Positions 38,411 to 53,874 are shown, counted from the stretch's first letter. The stretch: DNA of 64,000 bases from Ophelia neglecta (GCA_965285935.1 OZ260665.1:62062001-62126000), one strand, 5' to 3'. The notes: a model not told the origin generated them from the sequence alone. Made by a program: numbers and translations.

Positions 38411-41400
38411 CCGTAGTGAGGGCGAATCACCATGATAGACTCTTCGTGACTATCGGAAAAAAGAAAAAATAAACTTACCGATATGTCTTCTTTCAATGCA
38501 GTAGAGCTTGAACTATTTAGGGTGTGGCAGGCTGGTTGGCTTAAGATGAGCAATCGGCCATCCAGTAGTAAATGTTAAAGAAGTTTTCACTACAAACACC
38601 CCTACTTAGTTTTCAGAACAGTTCTCACTGAGAGCGTGCTTTGGTCGCTGTGGTGTAACGCTCTACCCAAATCGTCTCGTCGGGTAAATTTTTTTTATTA
38701 ATCCGAGACATATATTCGATGAGGAGAGCCTTGTCACTTTCTTCCAGCACGATGACACACAGTCAATGGTTAGCATGCGCTTAAGTTGCGCTTTCTAGAG
38801 AAGAGCTGGTGCGTAGGAGTCGAGGCAACGCCTTGATTGTTCTCCGGCTCCCGCTAGCTTCAGCTCAGCCTGCAAGAACTCCTTTAGGTAGAGCCATTCG
38901 TTAACTCTGAAATAAACAAGTCACAATTAAGTGCCGACTTAAATTCGCTATTTATACACAGCCTTAATTGCATCGAGGGAATTATATAGGGGTTCGAAAT
39001 TATCAAGTTTGTAAAAACAGAAAAAAATAGTTCGTAACTTTTTGAAAAACAATGAAAATTATGAAGAAGTTCATAAGATGGCTCAATCATGTATAGCCAA
39101 GGTACTTAAAATACTTGTAAGCCAGGCTGACGGTTAAATAGTCAATGTCCTCCCATTACTGTCAACTTGTAAGGTAAGCTTGTACATGTATCTGTGGTCC
39201 ACTCGACTGGCAGACTATCACAGGGGACATGTACGGACGAAATGGTCCCGCCAATCACAAGGCACGAGAGGCGCTAAAGACAGGCGCGACACACTGGCGC
39301 TAGGAACAAGGAGGCTTTAATACCTACATCAGACGCCAGCAAAGTTAAATAAGCTGCCTACCTCTCAGGGTTTTAGGTGAAAAACATTTCCTGGCAATTT
39401 CTGATTAAAGAACTTTATTACAGAAGCACATCAATCATTTTCGCTCCAGAAACATATCCTATTTCATCATATAACGGATGATAAATTATATATGATGGTT
39501 AATATTATTTTAACGCCTTTCCTTCCGATTTTAAACGGGATGTATTGGTAATCTTATACGTAAATAACTAAAGAGCCATGATGTCCACATTCTATAGGGC
39601 ATGTCATTTTATGTAATAAGGGACTGTTTTGTTGTTATGGTTTAACTTGTTATGGTAGAACTCTTCACAATTCTAATTATCATTACGACAATAGTTAACT
39701 GATAGTTTTTAAACGGGAGAATACAGCAGCTGTTTCATTTGGTTTCCAGGTGGTGGGAGGAGTGGGGTGGGCGTAGTGGGTATGTCTTTTGCAAGCAAAC
39801 ACTGAACGAACTCTGAAATAAGCCACCAAAACACACCAAATTTGCAAGTTTCTTCTCAAATTAAAACAGTAATCACCTGCAAAATAAAAACATGCCGTTT
39901 TCTCCACCTAACCCCCCCCCCTCCCCCTCTGCAACTACGCCAAGCCAGCCCCCTCCCCAAACCCCCAATCTCTCTCCCAAACCATCCAAGTTTAAGGCAG
40001 TTAACTGCGCGTAGGGATAAATCTATAAGGTTTGTGCAGCGACAACAATTATAAACCATAAAAGGGGCTGAGAAACGTTCTCCAGAAGATAAATGACATT
40101 ATGTTAATTGACAGGCGACAGGAAAAAGCGCACGCTGTCACCTTTTAGCACTGGTCTCGGTAGCGGACATAGATAGACAGATGACTTATCATTCAGAAGT
40201 TCAGGACCCCTTTTTTACTACGGATTACCCCAAGGAGACTCTCGATGGTGCGGGTTCCCCCTATCCGAGGTGGGCAGCGCCTAGATCCACCCTCTGCGAG
40301 GAAACTTCCCAAACAATTGTCATGCTAGTAAACCAGCCTCTCCTTCCACGCAGTTGGCTTCAGCACAACAACGCCTACAGACTGAGCTCAATTCCCTTTA
40401 GCTATTTTTCTTTCTCCCTCATTCGCATTCCAGTCGTCGTGTTAAATAGCCGCGCATCTGAGGGAAGCAGCCTTTTGGCGCAACAGAGAAAAATGCAGCA
40501 TGTTATGTTGGAAGTTACAAAAAAATACACGCCAGCACGGAACTTAGACTACCAAGGAGATATATGATATTGAGTAAAATTCCCTTGAGCTTCGCACATG
40601 CTTGTTGAAAAAATAAACGTAGACAAAAAGTATATGGCAAATAACATTTTCTTTTTTTGTCATGAAGTCATGAATATACCATAAAAATCCGATAATTCAA
40701 GTTCAAAATCATTAAAAGAAATGAATGTAAAAATGAAAACTTATATTACCCCGATAAAAACTGGATAAATGGAAACCCTTACTTAAGCAACATTATATAC
40801 TCGAAGTTCTAACTTGCTTTTAAAAAACTGTTGATTCTACATCACAAGTTATTATGCGAAAAAACTGCTCTAAAAAACAATTGGATTATTCATCCCACAT
40901 AGTGCACTGAATAATTTTTTTTTATGTGATTTTCAAGCAACATCTTTTCTGATGGCAAACAAAGACTATTAATATAACATATGTTAATTCCACCTTTAAC
41001 TAGCAAACTAAACGAATCCTCTGTCGCACTTTGCAGGTTTTTGCATTATGCTCTCGTCGTTTGCGCTGTATTTTTTCTTCAAAAAGTAATGCACCTTGAG
41101 AATATAGCATATGTGTCTATGTTCATGTCAATTATAATTTGTTATATAACTTGTTATAACAAGTGAGGTATTCGCGCTTCTTGGTGTTCCTTTGCCTACA
41201 TCTATTCTAGTCTTATTGATACGTGCGGACCTGTAATAAGTTCAGGGAGATATGTTCTCCTACACCAGTTGCTGCTCTCTTGTCATTGATAGTGGAAGCA
41301 TATATATAACGAGGTGCTATTATCGTGATAATAACATGTTGCATGTGTGTTTTCAGATACTACAATGTCGACTTAATATTAAATGATTAGGTTTGCTATA

Positions 41401-41551
41401 AAAAAACATTTAATGAACATTCATTCAATTAAATTCTGACGAAATGTCAGAAAATCTCCCACGCTTTTTGTGTCGTATTGTTGTGTTAACAATTATATTG
41501 TGTAAATGGTTCTACATATCTAATATGCTTTTGACACGACGTGTCTGGCTG

Positions 41552-41589
<38 letters not shown>
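41552..41589. repeat. (GA)n microsatellite
   Basis: Seen directly, with one interruption. Confidence 0.97.
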
Positions 41590-44270
41590 ATATCTGGTTC
41601 GGCATTAATCAAGGACTGATTTCTTTGTCCACCATCCTTTTAAGTAATATCGGCACGCAACAAACCCACAAATCATGGGTTAAGCGCATTGATGATTGTC
41701 AGAGCATGTCCCTTAATGTACGGTTAACGGCTTAGTTGGTCAAACCCCACGAGCCACACTGAAAGTGTTACCGCGTAGTGTCTAACGCTCTGTGCAAAAA
41801 ACCATAAATCAAAGTGCATGGAAATAATAACTACATAAAATAGGAAAAGACTATAATCAGTTTGGTTAATTAGACGAAACCTCAGGGAAATGATACTCTA
41901 TTATTTCCATCGGGTAAATCAAACATAAATCTTGTATTTCAGTAGGCTTAATCAAATTTCAATTTGGGCCTAAGAATGGACAAAATAAGGAACAGGCAGA
42001 AGTTCCGTCACAAATACAGCGAGACAAAGATATCAGTGGTAGCAAATAATCAAGGATTAAAACGACTGGTGGCTGCTTTTGGCCTGATCAACCTATATGT
42101 TATCCCGCATATTCATTATTTTCCATAAGTGCTGAAGCGGCAGCAATCCGATACAGGGAGATGCCAATAGTTCAATTTGCACTCTATCACACTATCCACA
42201 GGGCAGAATCCATTAAATTAACAAAATTTCAAAGAAACACTACCTAAAACCAAAATAATTATCTGTCAGATCTCATGGAAAAATGGTTTCGTAAGTTTTG
42301 TCAAGAAAATGGGAGAAAACGTACAACTGCAGCATCAGAAAAGGGCTGTCCGTAGGTGCTTTCGGCCACAAGATACGACATTCATTCCCCATGCCTCTGA
42401 TTTCCTACGGCATGAGGAATTCAATTGCCAAGGACGAAATAATTCATTTGGTAAATTGGCTATTTTTAAGGAATGATTACCTTGGAGGCTGATAGGCTGA
42501 TTCATAGCAACCTTTTCTGACATTTTTAATACGCGTTTATCTCCGAAGACCCCATAAAAGTGGTTTAGAGGAAGAACGTTCGTAGACAAAAAAAATGATA
42601 ATATGTCTGATTACTTCTCGAACATATTCTCAATGGCGTCTCTTTTACTGACTCTTAACAAAATGTGTTCCTAGTCGTCTGTTGACATCATACTGAGGGG
42701 CAGCTTACCACCGCATACGACGCAAAGGAACCGAAAGTAGTTTCTGTTGACATAGTCTTGTCCACAGACTTATGACAATGACAGTTTGTTTTGTATTCCC
42801 CAAATCTGAGCAAACTCAGCGTTTGGTGGGGCCTGCTTTACTGAATATATTGCACTGGGATCAGGACATTCACAAAATTAAAAATAGCACAGCAGTCACA
42901 TATGCATACAAGCTGATAATCAAGGAAATGCTTTGCAGGAAATAGAATTTGATTCGACTTTCGACCGGATTTACATGCAGAACTGCTAGCTAGTGCTCCG
43001 AATTCTTGTTGAATAAATCCCCAATTCTATTTCTTATAAGCTAATTTGATTAGGGAACCCTATTGATTATCAAATTCGGCCTTGTGAGCTGATGCAAAGA
43101 TTAAGATGAAGGAAGAGGTAACGGAAAAGTTATTACAACATGCCACTTGGGTAAAACGGAGAGCACACAAATAAGTTTTGTCAGTGTACCAGCAATGTGA
43201 TGGGCGTTTGACGCGACAAGAAATCCATTTGGAATAGATGGCTGCAGAAACAAATGAAAGCTCTTACTCCAAAATTAATGTTTAACCGCTGATAATTGAC
43301 TCGACGTACGGATGATGCATCAACAAAAAAGTGGCGCCATTCTGATACCACCTTTGAGTTCATTGACCCTATTAAAGAAAGACAGTAGGTTGTATTCGTA
43401 TATAACCAAAGAAATGAACTCCTACAACTGGTGCGCATCTTTCATACTTTTATACAGTATGTTAATACATGCCCCTACATAGAATTTAGCGTATTATATA
43501 GTTTTTTGACTACCATACTTCAAGGAATTATTACACAGGATATTTGAATCTATTATTGAAAGAGATGCTGCCGAGTTGCAGCCGAAAAAGGGAATTTGTA
43601 GGGACTGTTATTGACTGTTATTGACAAGTAAGCAGAGTCTATTGAGTTCGATTAATTTTGAAAGCAATGCAATACTGTAAACTTCTGTTGCAAGTGATGG
43701 CTGTTATGAAAACCAACTTGATATTATTTTTAAATATTAATTTCATCCAATAACGACACTTGCTCCATTTTTTTGGCGGATTGGATATGCTTCGGGATTC
43801 ACTACTAGGAGAAATCGACCTCCAGCACGAAAAACAGACGTAACCCAGCTTTAAATTTGGATATTAGTTGGATCAATGAACACTGATGCTGGATGTGTCA
43901 ATGCACTGTTCGCACCTGACAGAATAAGCGTACAATTTGTGATATTGAAGCTGTTGTTTTGTTTTCCTGTCAGAGCTATCAGATTTCCTCAGACAACACC
44001 TTTTTCACTAGTATGTCAATTATCTTCAGTCTAACGCATTTTTTCTGCAAGTTATTTTAGATCTTCTAATAATAAATCTGTGGAATAAAATATGGAAAGA
44101 GTGTTTGGTATCGGGAACCTACGGTTGCCTTAAAGAAACATAACGCCCATACTTTTAAACATAATGGTTTGCACCATTTTATCATTATATCGTATATTTT
44201 GGTGACAATTACCGGCCAAACCATTACAATACATCAACCATAAATCATATGCATAAAACATAAACTTGCC

Positions 44271-45212
44271 ATTTGTTTTGGCAAATATAATTTTCGTGTT
44301 GATCTTTCGGAAATACTCAGACTACGAGTCGTTATTTTCAGCTTCTGAAAACAAAACACCCAACTGTTACCATGGTTACGGTAATGAATTCAATATTTAG
44401 CTTGCCAATTAAATCGGTTGCCTTATTTTTATTTAATCATTCATCAAGATTTTAATATTAACAAAAAAGTATGAGCCGATATGTTAGATGTTTTTTTGTA
44501 GCGGTCCAAATTTTAATCAGCGTACACCTGTTAGCTTTGACAAAGAATGTTTTACGAATATTTTGTCATAAACACGATAAATACTTTCGATGTTTTCGAT
44601 TATACAATAAATTTCAAACATTCTTTATATGGGATTTTTTTTATTCAACTATGAAAACACAGCTGGCTTTAGGGTTTCATCATTCCTAGCTCGCTTATTG
44701 TTATTTGGCTTTCATCAACATTAACTGGTTCAGAAGGCACGTGTTAGAGCTCGTGTGATGTTCATCTCACCATAGACGCTACGGGTGATTACAAAAAAAA
44801 ATGTAAAGAATTCACAGCAGGCATACGATGATAAATGGAAAAGAGCTACGCTTGAGACAAGAAAGATGAAAGTAAATCGATAATTTGAAAGTGCTTCATT
44901 GCATTAGCCGTCAATTAATTGTCAACTAGGAAATTACGTAAAAGCTCCTATTTTTCATGGAGGTTAATTTTACTAAAAATATCCTAGCTATATAATCTGG
45001 CCATTCTGCCTGTGGGCTCACAAGAAACACTGTTGGAATCGCACTGCGTTAAATCCTCTAAGAAAACCTAAACGATTAATTTGATCAGACCGTCAAAAAG
45101 AGGACATGTCTCTACTAAGGGTACCTTTTTAAGTGGGAAGTGGGAATAAATTTGTTTTGGCAAATATAATTTTCGTGTTGAGTCTTTGGTAATACTAAGA
45201 CTATGAATCGTT
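44271..45212. repeat. Dispersed direct repeat of ~63 bp (44271-44333 and 45150-45212)
   Basis: The first 32 nt are identical (atttgttttggcaaatataattttcgtgttga) and the remainder is similar. Confidence 0.9.
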
Positions 45213-46239
45213 TTAAAATGAAATGGTGATATATTATTTGGAAACATTGTGTACTGAAGTGTTTTCATTCTAAAGACTCATTGCAATTCTGGGTATAGCA
45301 ACTGTTCCACGTATATGACGCTGTATAAGATGCACATCCGCTTCAGAACTGATTGGATGACCGTTGCCAAGAGGAATGGTATCGTCTTCTTTACAACCTC
45401 CAAATGGGTCTTCCGGTTTCTTTACTATCAAACGTAAAAAGACGTAGCAGTAAACAAAAATATTCACAATACCCCCCCCCCCCCCACCCAATAAAGAAAG
45501 AGTCCGCAAACTGAGCTAACATAGTCAGAATGACATCCAACTGGTCAGCAACTGCAAGCCAATAGTGGAGGGTGGCTCAGAATATGGTGTCACAGCTTCC
45601 TCTCTTTAATTAGTAAATGAGGTTAGTTACTTCCTTAGTAAGTCGCCTATCATTGATCATTCACATTTTCCCTTGATCTGACGGCTAATCCACTCACATA
45701 CGGACACCAAGCACATTCAAAGGATGGCTTCCACCATCGGCTTGTAGGCACGAGCTACACAGTTATGAGTCTTCCCAGATATTCCCAGAGTTGTAATGCG
45801 GTGAAACTTAAAAGCTCTGCATCTTGATCTGCCTTAAATCCTCTTTTTGTAATGTATTCGGTCTATACAACACCATGAAAGTTCATGGTCACCTATCAAT
45901 GTACAGCTTATGGTGTATTACTCAACTGGATTGGTCCATTGAATTACATCGGCATATAAGTATTCCCGTTCATCGAAAGTGATAGCTGAGGGATGTTGTT
46001 CAATATTTGCCGTCGTCCTTTGCCTCCTTATGTGTATAGTGTAAACAGTAACCTTTTGTGTACTAAATCTAATTTTCTTGATTGGTTTTTTGTTAATTTG
46101 GAATTGAAACCACTCCATCCAGGAATAGTTGCTTCTGCATTGTTCTTAAGAATGTAGCGCTAAAAAGCTTGGTTGGTAGCATCCTCAAAAGAGTCCAAAC
46201 TATTAAATTTGTTCTAGTGAGATATTCACGAAAAATGGC

Positions 46240-46620
46240 TATTTCACTCTCTTCCTTACAAGGTATGTCAATGTGATCGCTATAAGAGTCACATTCATAG
46301 ATTTTTAACTACTTCTGAAGACATTCCAAACTGACCTATGTAATAAATTCCCTTTGGATACAGCACGGTGGTGGTGAGGTATTCCAGGATAAGTTTTACT
46401 CGCTAATAACCAAGTCATCTCCCAGTGCATTGAAAAACTCTCCTAGGATGATTATATGAGGTTATATGACTTCAGGAAAATAGGGAAAAGGTTTGGGCCA
46501 CGTAGAACATAAATCTTAAATACACGATACCAGATGGACAAAACCAAATCATAAATCTATAATACTCCGAAACCGTCAGGAATCAGCGGCTTCAGGCTCA
46601 CATACACCAATGAATCAACC
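46240..46620 (-). mobile_element. Decayed LINE APE-endonuclease relic
   Basis: Minus-strand FIGVCE (cf. IIGIxE), IILGEFFNA (cf. IILGDFNA) and YSDH, in the correct order. Confidence 0.45.
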
Positions 46621-49600
46621 TCCAACTCATTAAAAGTAAATAAACTTGCAGTAAACTTTTTTACGGTTCTTTGCTATCAAAAGTGAAGAGTCGTTAGGGA
46701 AATAAAGCCCACTCAACTCAAATCTACTTTATGGCATTGAGTTGATGTGCTGGGAAGTACTTAAGGCTTAAGTCGACTTTACTCTGAACAGCTTTAAGGA
46801 GTATGTATGATACTTTAGATTTTTTGTAGCAATAGGTACTTAACGTTTGAATTGTATACAGACAAACAGTCGAGTCAATGTACTGTAGATGTTTCAATGT
46901 ATTGGTAAGTGACTCCTACGGATAAAAGAAAGCAATTTGGTGTCTGTTGTGTGTTTTTATGTTGAACGAATCACACGACAAGAAAAATTAGCTTCTTGCC
47001 TGTAGTCAGTAACATCAACGTTGATGATACAACACGGATATCCCTAGCAACGAAGAACCCTATTTTTGTTTATTTGGTTCATTGTGACTTGGCACTTCAT
47101 ACCTGGCGGGCATTAGACGCGACAAATGTTCAGCAGTGAGAAATAACTCAACAGAAGTAGGTCGCCTCAAGTACAGGGTAATGAAGCATGGTGTCTTATG
47201 GTTATGTGAGCCGACCCATTGCACTCTTAGCGCCAGTTTTATTGGCACTCCTGAACATGGAAGTAACAATTACCATTAAAGCAGGCAAACAAGTGACAGT
47301 GCCATCAATGGGCGTCATGGTTGCAGAGAAATCACCGCAGGTTAATGAAACATGGGCGATTTGCAGAAATAGAGCCTGCACTAGCCACCTCTTAATGACA
47401 AACTAGCAAATTGGATTGTGCATTTATTATCCATAAAGCCGTTCAAATTAGTAATGCTTCTTTTGACCTATATACAGTTGTAGCAAACAATACTGGTATG
47501 CAAGATCGAAATAATTTCTGTAACGCAGACCCTAGTTCAATGTACTAAGGTTTACAAATTATAAAGAAGGCTTGCTTGGTGATGAACTTAACATTCGTCT
47601 TTAATATCGTTATATGAATGGCACTAAACGACACAACAGTGATCCATAACGAAAACTTTGCTTCGAATTGTCAAGCTTGAACAAAATAGGCACCTCATAC
47701 CTAGATGTACAATATTCTGGCAAAATTTAATCAAATTAATTTTAAACGTAACATTAATTGTACCAAACAGGTTTTATAGTTTCTATCAACGAAACTTGTC
47801 GAAAATATATTAAATTCTTATGAAACGTATTCAACGAGCCGTAAATATGTATTGACTTTTCTGGAGTTTCGAACAGAGAATGATTAATCTGCAAACGGAT
47901 TTCATATTGACAGACTTAAAATCAAATTCTGCGGCTCCGTGCATTTGTTTAATAACTCATCGAGCATGGCAGAAAACTGACAATGCCAGGCGAGTGTAAA
48001 TGCCATGCCGATTCACATCAATGATGCTTAAAAAGTTCACGTACTAGCCGTCGGCTGAGATATCATTGCCACAAGAGCAAATACATTTGTGATGCGATCC
48101 TAGTATTCTATAAAAATTGGAAACTGTCCCATAACTTATTTTCCATTGTCTGCTTTGTATTCAAAACTTTCCTTTTGAAGAGGGCAAATGAAAAGCACTT
48201 TTCGGGATTATAATTTAACTATCACGATTTTTATCTTCATCGTAAATGTATTGACATGGAATATTACAATGGGTAGAAATCCCAAACAAGCATATCGAAA
48301 TCAGAAATCAGGCAAAGAACTGCAAGCCTGATAGGCTGTTGAAGCTGAAGACAGGTAGGCCATAGCCTTTGCAGTAAAGCCGAGTTGTATAATTGTAATA
48401 CATTAGATGAAAGATCATTGATCCACAAACGTTTAAAGCATGGAACGCCTCTAAATGCAATTGCACAACATGCCGGCAATATCATGAGATTGTTGGTGTT
48501 TTCTAAACCCAAGTCAATGGCCGACCAAATAAATGGATTCTGTCGTACAAAGCAACAATAGTCGCATTATAATACCAACTATGCTTCTTCTAACAACATT
48601 AGCAGTCTGCAGAATTATCCAGAGAGCAATTCTTAAACAATTGCTGTATAATTGTGCTGTCTTATTAAGGTGAATAGTTGCGAGGGGTTAATGCAATTTG
48701 TACGGGTCGTCAATTCCAAGAAAATAAATGAAATTGCTTATTTAACTGCTTGTCAGATTCCTACATTCCTTGGGCCCAGCGCAGTTTAACACTTCCTTTA
48801 CGCCAACTATATACACTGAGGCCCAAAATGCAGCGGATTTATGAAGCAGCATAGAACAAGTACTCCATGCGTTTTCTGAGGCGATGCCGATTTAGGAACT
48901 GATTTGCCATTAGTAGAAACTCATAGCGACTGTAAATGTCAACTATCTGGCTTGATGAACTAGCACCTTGTAACATGCACATTGAGGGATTGTGAATCTT
49001 TTTCTGTGCCGTTTTCTTGATAGTTCGCCTTTGCCTTTTCGTTCGTTAATACTTTGAACTGTCCAGTCATATACGTGCCTTATAAGAATAAGGATTGAAA
49101 ATCGGTTGTTTACCACTAAGACGTATAAATTTGCTGATCGCCGTGTTACATGGGTTCCTGTTAAATTGTAAAAAAAAGTATATTATTTAACAAACGCTGT
49201 GGTGCAATGTTTATTTTCTTGCTTTAGGTTAGACATATTATTATAGATAATTATAGTCCATTATATTTTCAAGGACTTTTTCACTGCATCCTTTCATAAC
49301 TGCAGACTAACTCTAACATATTGTTGTACTGTCATTACCATCTTCATTGACGTCAATTGTGACCTTTACCACTTTAATTTTGTTTCTGAACAAAGGTCAC
49401 ATAATTTATCATAACCGTTCCCCAATTGCCGGACTTCATTAATAACGATAAATCAAGCTAATGTGCATCATAAACGCTTTGAAGAAATCAGCAATGCCAG
49501 CGTACATTTTTTTCAAAAATTCCTTGTTCTGTATAAGAACTGTGAGACAACCAAATTTTCAATTGTCCACGAATCCTCCTCGATAATAGATATTTGTATG

Positions 49601-52600
49601 ACCTGTTTACCTCTGTCATGCACAGTATATCTGTAATTAGTTGCAAATATGTTTCCCCCCGTATGAATAGGCCTACAATGATTAAACACATCTTTTAGCT
49701 CTGAAAGGTAAACATTTTTTTTCAATTCTTGAAGGGTCGGCGGGAGGGTGATATCACCCGCATCTGGGTGTGTCTGTCTCCGAAAACATCCTAGGGTACT
49801 GGGCGACTACCCCCAGCGCCTCCTCCCTGTTGATCCGTCTAGGTTTTACCCATTATACATATAAACTGTGGAGCGTGCCAAGGCAATGCGCTTGAAAACG
49901 TTCATTAGCCGATAACTATCACGTGAATTCAAATACGCGGTCCTTTGGTTATTGTATTTCTGTCTTTGATTATTGCACAAAAGTTAAGGTAGGATTGATG
50001 TCGACAAAACAGGATAAGAGATCATGCGAAATGCACGTAAATATGATAAGGTTAGACATGATCATGCCAATAGCTTTTCCGGGAGGCCGTTTAGTAATAC
50101 TTGATTATCACGCAAGCCTGTTCTATGAGGCAAGTCAACTCGTTCCTGGATTGGATTAATCAATTTAAGCACTTTTGACAGTAGCTGTCCGTTCTATGTT
50201 TTCGGGTTAATAACAAGAAAATAGCGTGGAAGCTCTTTGTCTGGATAATAACTACTAATATGATGGGACAAGATACTTACAGATTGGTATGTCCGTATTT
50301 AAGATATCCAAAACCGTCAAACGAATAGATAAGTAAGGGTAACTAGTGTGCAAAGTAATAACGCCTTGCATTTTATACCTAAATAAATTATATATTTTAC
50401 TAGTAACACACCCACAGTGCTTCATCGGCTGCAGATAACGCGCGTTACTGCATTACAAAATAGCAATTGCCCTAGTTTCACTAGAAAAATAAAGAATATT
50501 GAGTCGCGGCGAGTTTTACAAAATATTAAGGATTGACGGTAAGGCAGAACACCTAATCAGGTAACCCGGCAAACTTTAAATTATAGTAAACCAAATTTGA
50601 CGGTAACGCGGTAGAAAGTAGAGCTTTGAATCCTGCTTTCAGCCGGAAGCTCCAGGAAAACCGAGTTTCAGTGCAATACTAATCAGGCAAATCTCAATGT
50701 CTCAATGATTAGGAAGAGTACATAATTTGTTATATTTGCCTATTCCTATTAGCTGTATACTAATGGCGCTCTTGTTATAGAAAAACTATCATAGAGCTCC
50801 ATTGCTTGATGACGATTTCACGAGTGTGTTATTTCAATGCGAAACAAATCCTGACTGCGAATTAAGCAATTACAGTATATTATATATATAATGGCGTTTG
50901 TGACCTTAATAGTGCCATAATCCTTGTTAAAGGTCAGCCAGCTGCTGATGGCTCTTGAAGACTATTCAGTGAGCGTAACCGTCATACTTCTTACCCTCAT
51001 ACCCAACAAATAAGTCTCGACGTTAACGTCATAACTTGAAATTTTCTGTGACTCACCACTGTTATAAATACTTATATTTTCTAGCGGAACTTATGGGTTT
51101 GAATCAGGATTACCCTAGTTATGCTTTCCTTAAAATTACCAGTTTCATTACTGGCGATAAACACCTAAACACACACAGAAAGTACTTCTGAGCAAAATTT
51201 GTGCGACGGCCATTTTGCAAGACGGTGCCGCGCGTTACCTGCAGCCGATGAAACCTTGTGACACTTCCACCAGAATATTATCCGGGATAAATAATGTCGG
51301 GATCTAGTATTTTGCTCGAACCAAAACATATCTTTGTAGTATCTCACAGTTTGTATTTGTGCTAAATAGGTACATGTATTTCTGATATAATTCCAACTGT
51401 CATTTATGACATTTAGGTATAAATTTCTTTACAATGATGTTATATATCAATAATGTTCTTAGTTCGCACTTCTAATTTACCTTAACTTAAAGGTAACACT
51501 GCGTGGGGGAAGATTAATGTTTTTTCCCTTAAATATTAATATTGTTAGAGTCTGTGTGTATTTATTTTCGCCAAATTGCAGGTGGGCTTTAAAGAAACCA
51601 ACACCCACTTGTTGTAGCAAGTAGCCCCAGGTTTGTCATTGTGCCCCAGATGAAAAACGACGAAGAGCAGTAATTGGCAATTTCCGACGGCAGCAGTATT
51701 AATCATTAATTTAAACTGCACGAACAAAGACAGTGCCTTACTAAGGTGATCTTTGATCAAACAGAAGGGATAGAGAACAAAATCCACTGTCCAATTATCA
51801 GGAAGACTGGTCAGCACTGGACTTGTTTAAATGCTATTCAGTGTAAATACCACGTAAATGGTTGACTTATGATCACCTTTTGTTCCTGAAGTCTATCTGT
51901 GTCGCGTGAACTTTGGAATTAAGGGGTATTTTTCATACGTCACTCGTTTCATATTCTCATTTCATATTAACATTAAACGCATCGCACACAATACTGTAAT
52001 GTTTTTACCAATTTCCATGGTTAAACTGTTTTTTTCCCAACAGTTCGTGACTTTATATCAGGGAAGCGGGAAAGGAAGTTTTGTTTGGACTTATCGATCA
52101 AATCCGAATACAAAAGGCACTCTTGAATTGGGACAATCCTTTGTTTAATTAATACTAACCAGGATATATACCTGAGATACCATTAAGCAAGTAAGAACGT
52201 TACAGTGGGAAGTGAGTACAAAAGTTGCTACTTTCCTCAAGGCGCCTATAGGCAAGTTCTTTCACTCACAATGTTGCGATATGCTAGGGCAGACTATTTA
52301 ATAGGAATCTGCAGTGATCCTCTACTGGTAAAATTTGAAAAATCAGCTCTTAATTGAATTCCTCGTTAAGTAATGTATTAGTTTATGAGGAAATCAACAC
52401 TCGGTAGCATAGGAAATAAAAACTAGAGTGTTCATGACATTGTATGTGTTTATGAAGATTCAGGTTAAAAGTTTATGGCTATAGCACAACCATGAATAGT
52501 TTGTCCGTCTATCCTGCCACGAGCCTGGAGTTTTGCCGATTTTACCATTTTAAAATATCTTTATACTCCAGACATTTTTAGTATTTTCAAAAAGGTTTGT

Positions 52601-53144
52601 GCAACTCGACCTCAATTTGTTCTTTCTAAAAGCGAAACCCATGAAAAGGGCACATTCACTTTCTATTAAATTCGGCGTACGTGACGATATCCGTAATGTG
52701 AGAAAAGGTAAGGCAATTTGTTCAAATGCCACCTTAGCACTTATAAGTAATCTACTTTCGTAGTCCAAAAAGCTATGGGAAAACATGGGAGAGGTATTTC
52801 ATTATATTCTCCAAATTACTCCGATGGCAGGTTCGGCTAATGGTCTGAAACCGTATTTATCGTTGAATTTTTTTTTTGTTCAAAGAGAGGTATCTGCCGC
52901 GTCTGAAGGCCATATTGATAAGATTTTGAAAACTGGTCGTTTATCATGGTGCAATATGCATTATTACAATAACGACGAGTCACTGATAATCGCTCGATGT
53001 CACACTGTTATATTTTATCGGTTGGTGGTTTTACTTCATACTACTAATAAGGCAATGACTAAAAGTATCAATAGGAATTAAGTTATCCCGATAGACGAAA
53101 AACATCGTAATTTGGGTTAAAAAAAAGCAATAATGCTTTATTAA

Positions 53145-53874
53145 TGGCCCAGTCACAATGTCGGCGATCTGTCGGGGATTAGTTTTGGCCGGGGGTCGTC
53201 GTAGAAAATAAAGAATCCTTGAACAATCCTAGCAATAATCCTAATAAAAGTGGAGCAGTCACATTGTCTGAGATTTTTTCAAGGATTTTGACCCGGTTTT
53301 GTCGAAAATCGTGGGATTAGCCTCCGATCGCCTCCGATTGCATCGGAGGCGATCGGAGACGATATCTGCGAGCGTCTTTTCTTTTAATTTTCCCCCCACC
53401 ATGGGTATATGTGGGGGAAATACACGGCGATTTACTACGATTCCACCGTACGATTCGTCGGAGACGATCACAGAAAGCATCGCAGGGCGCCTCCGATTCA
53501 GTCGGAGGGCGCCGGAGACTACTCGCAGACATTTAATCTCAACCTGAATTTCCAATCCCACACAGAATCTTGCGACTAGTCTCAGATTATTCGGAGGACG
53601 CCTCCGATAAATCGGAGGGCATCATAGGTCATCGGAGATTGTGTCTGGGATGCCCAAAATGGGTGAAAAATCGTGCGAGCAATCTTCAAATTTTAAGTTC
53701 AAAGATGGGGACCGCGACGGGTGTGGCGATGCCTAAAAAATCAGCGACAAGCCGCAGGCGTCCGGAGAGCGCCTCCGACGGGTGCAAAATCGTGAGATCT
53801 GTCTCAAGATTTTGTTAAAATTTCTCGGGTTTTACCCATCGCCGACGCATCGCAACTGATTTGTGACTGGCCCA
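53145..53874. mobile_element. Non-autonomous PIF/Harbinger element (MITE), 730 bp
   Basis: TIRs tggcccagtcacaa / ttgtgactggccca match at 13/14 and extend imperfectly inward. TAA lies on both flanks (53142-53144, 53875-53877). The GC-rich interior has repeated (A)TCGGAG / CTCCGA(T) motifs. Confidence 0.88.

Noticed and set aside
38030-38553. Low-complexity ORFs (MTTI.., HDRS.., VMILV..)
   Set aside because: By-products of a 12-bp tandem repeat that is stop-free in several frames.
40144-40170. REST/NRSE-like half sites (ttagcac...cggaca)
   Set aside because: Non-canonical spacing and mismatches, and relevance in this lineage is unknown.
53259-53818. Several 70-100 aa ORFs on both strands (also 56952-57265)
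   Set aside because: GC-rich MITE interior that is poor in stop codons, with no transposase motifs.
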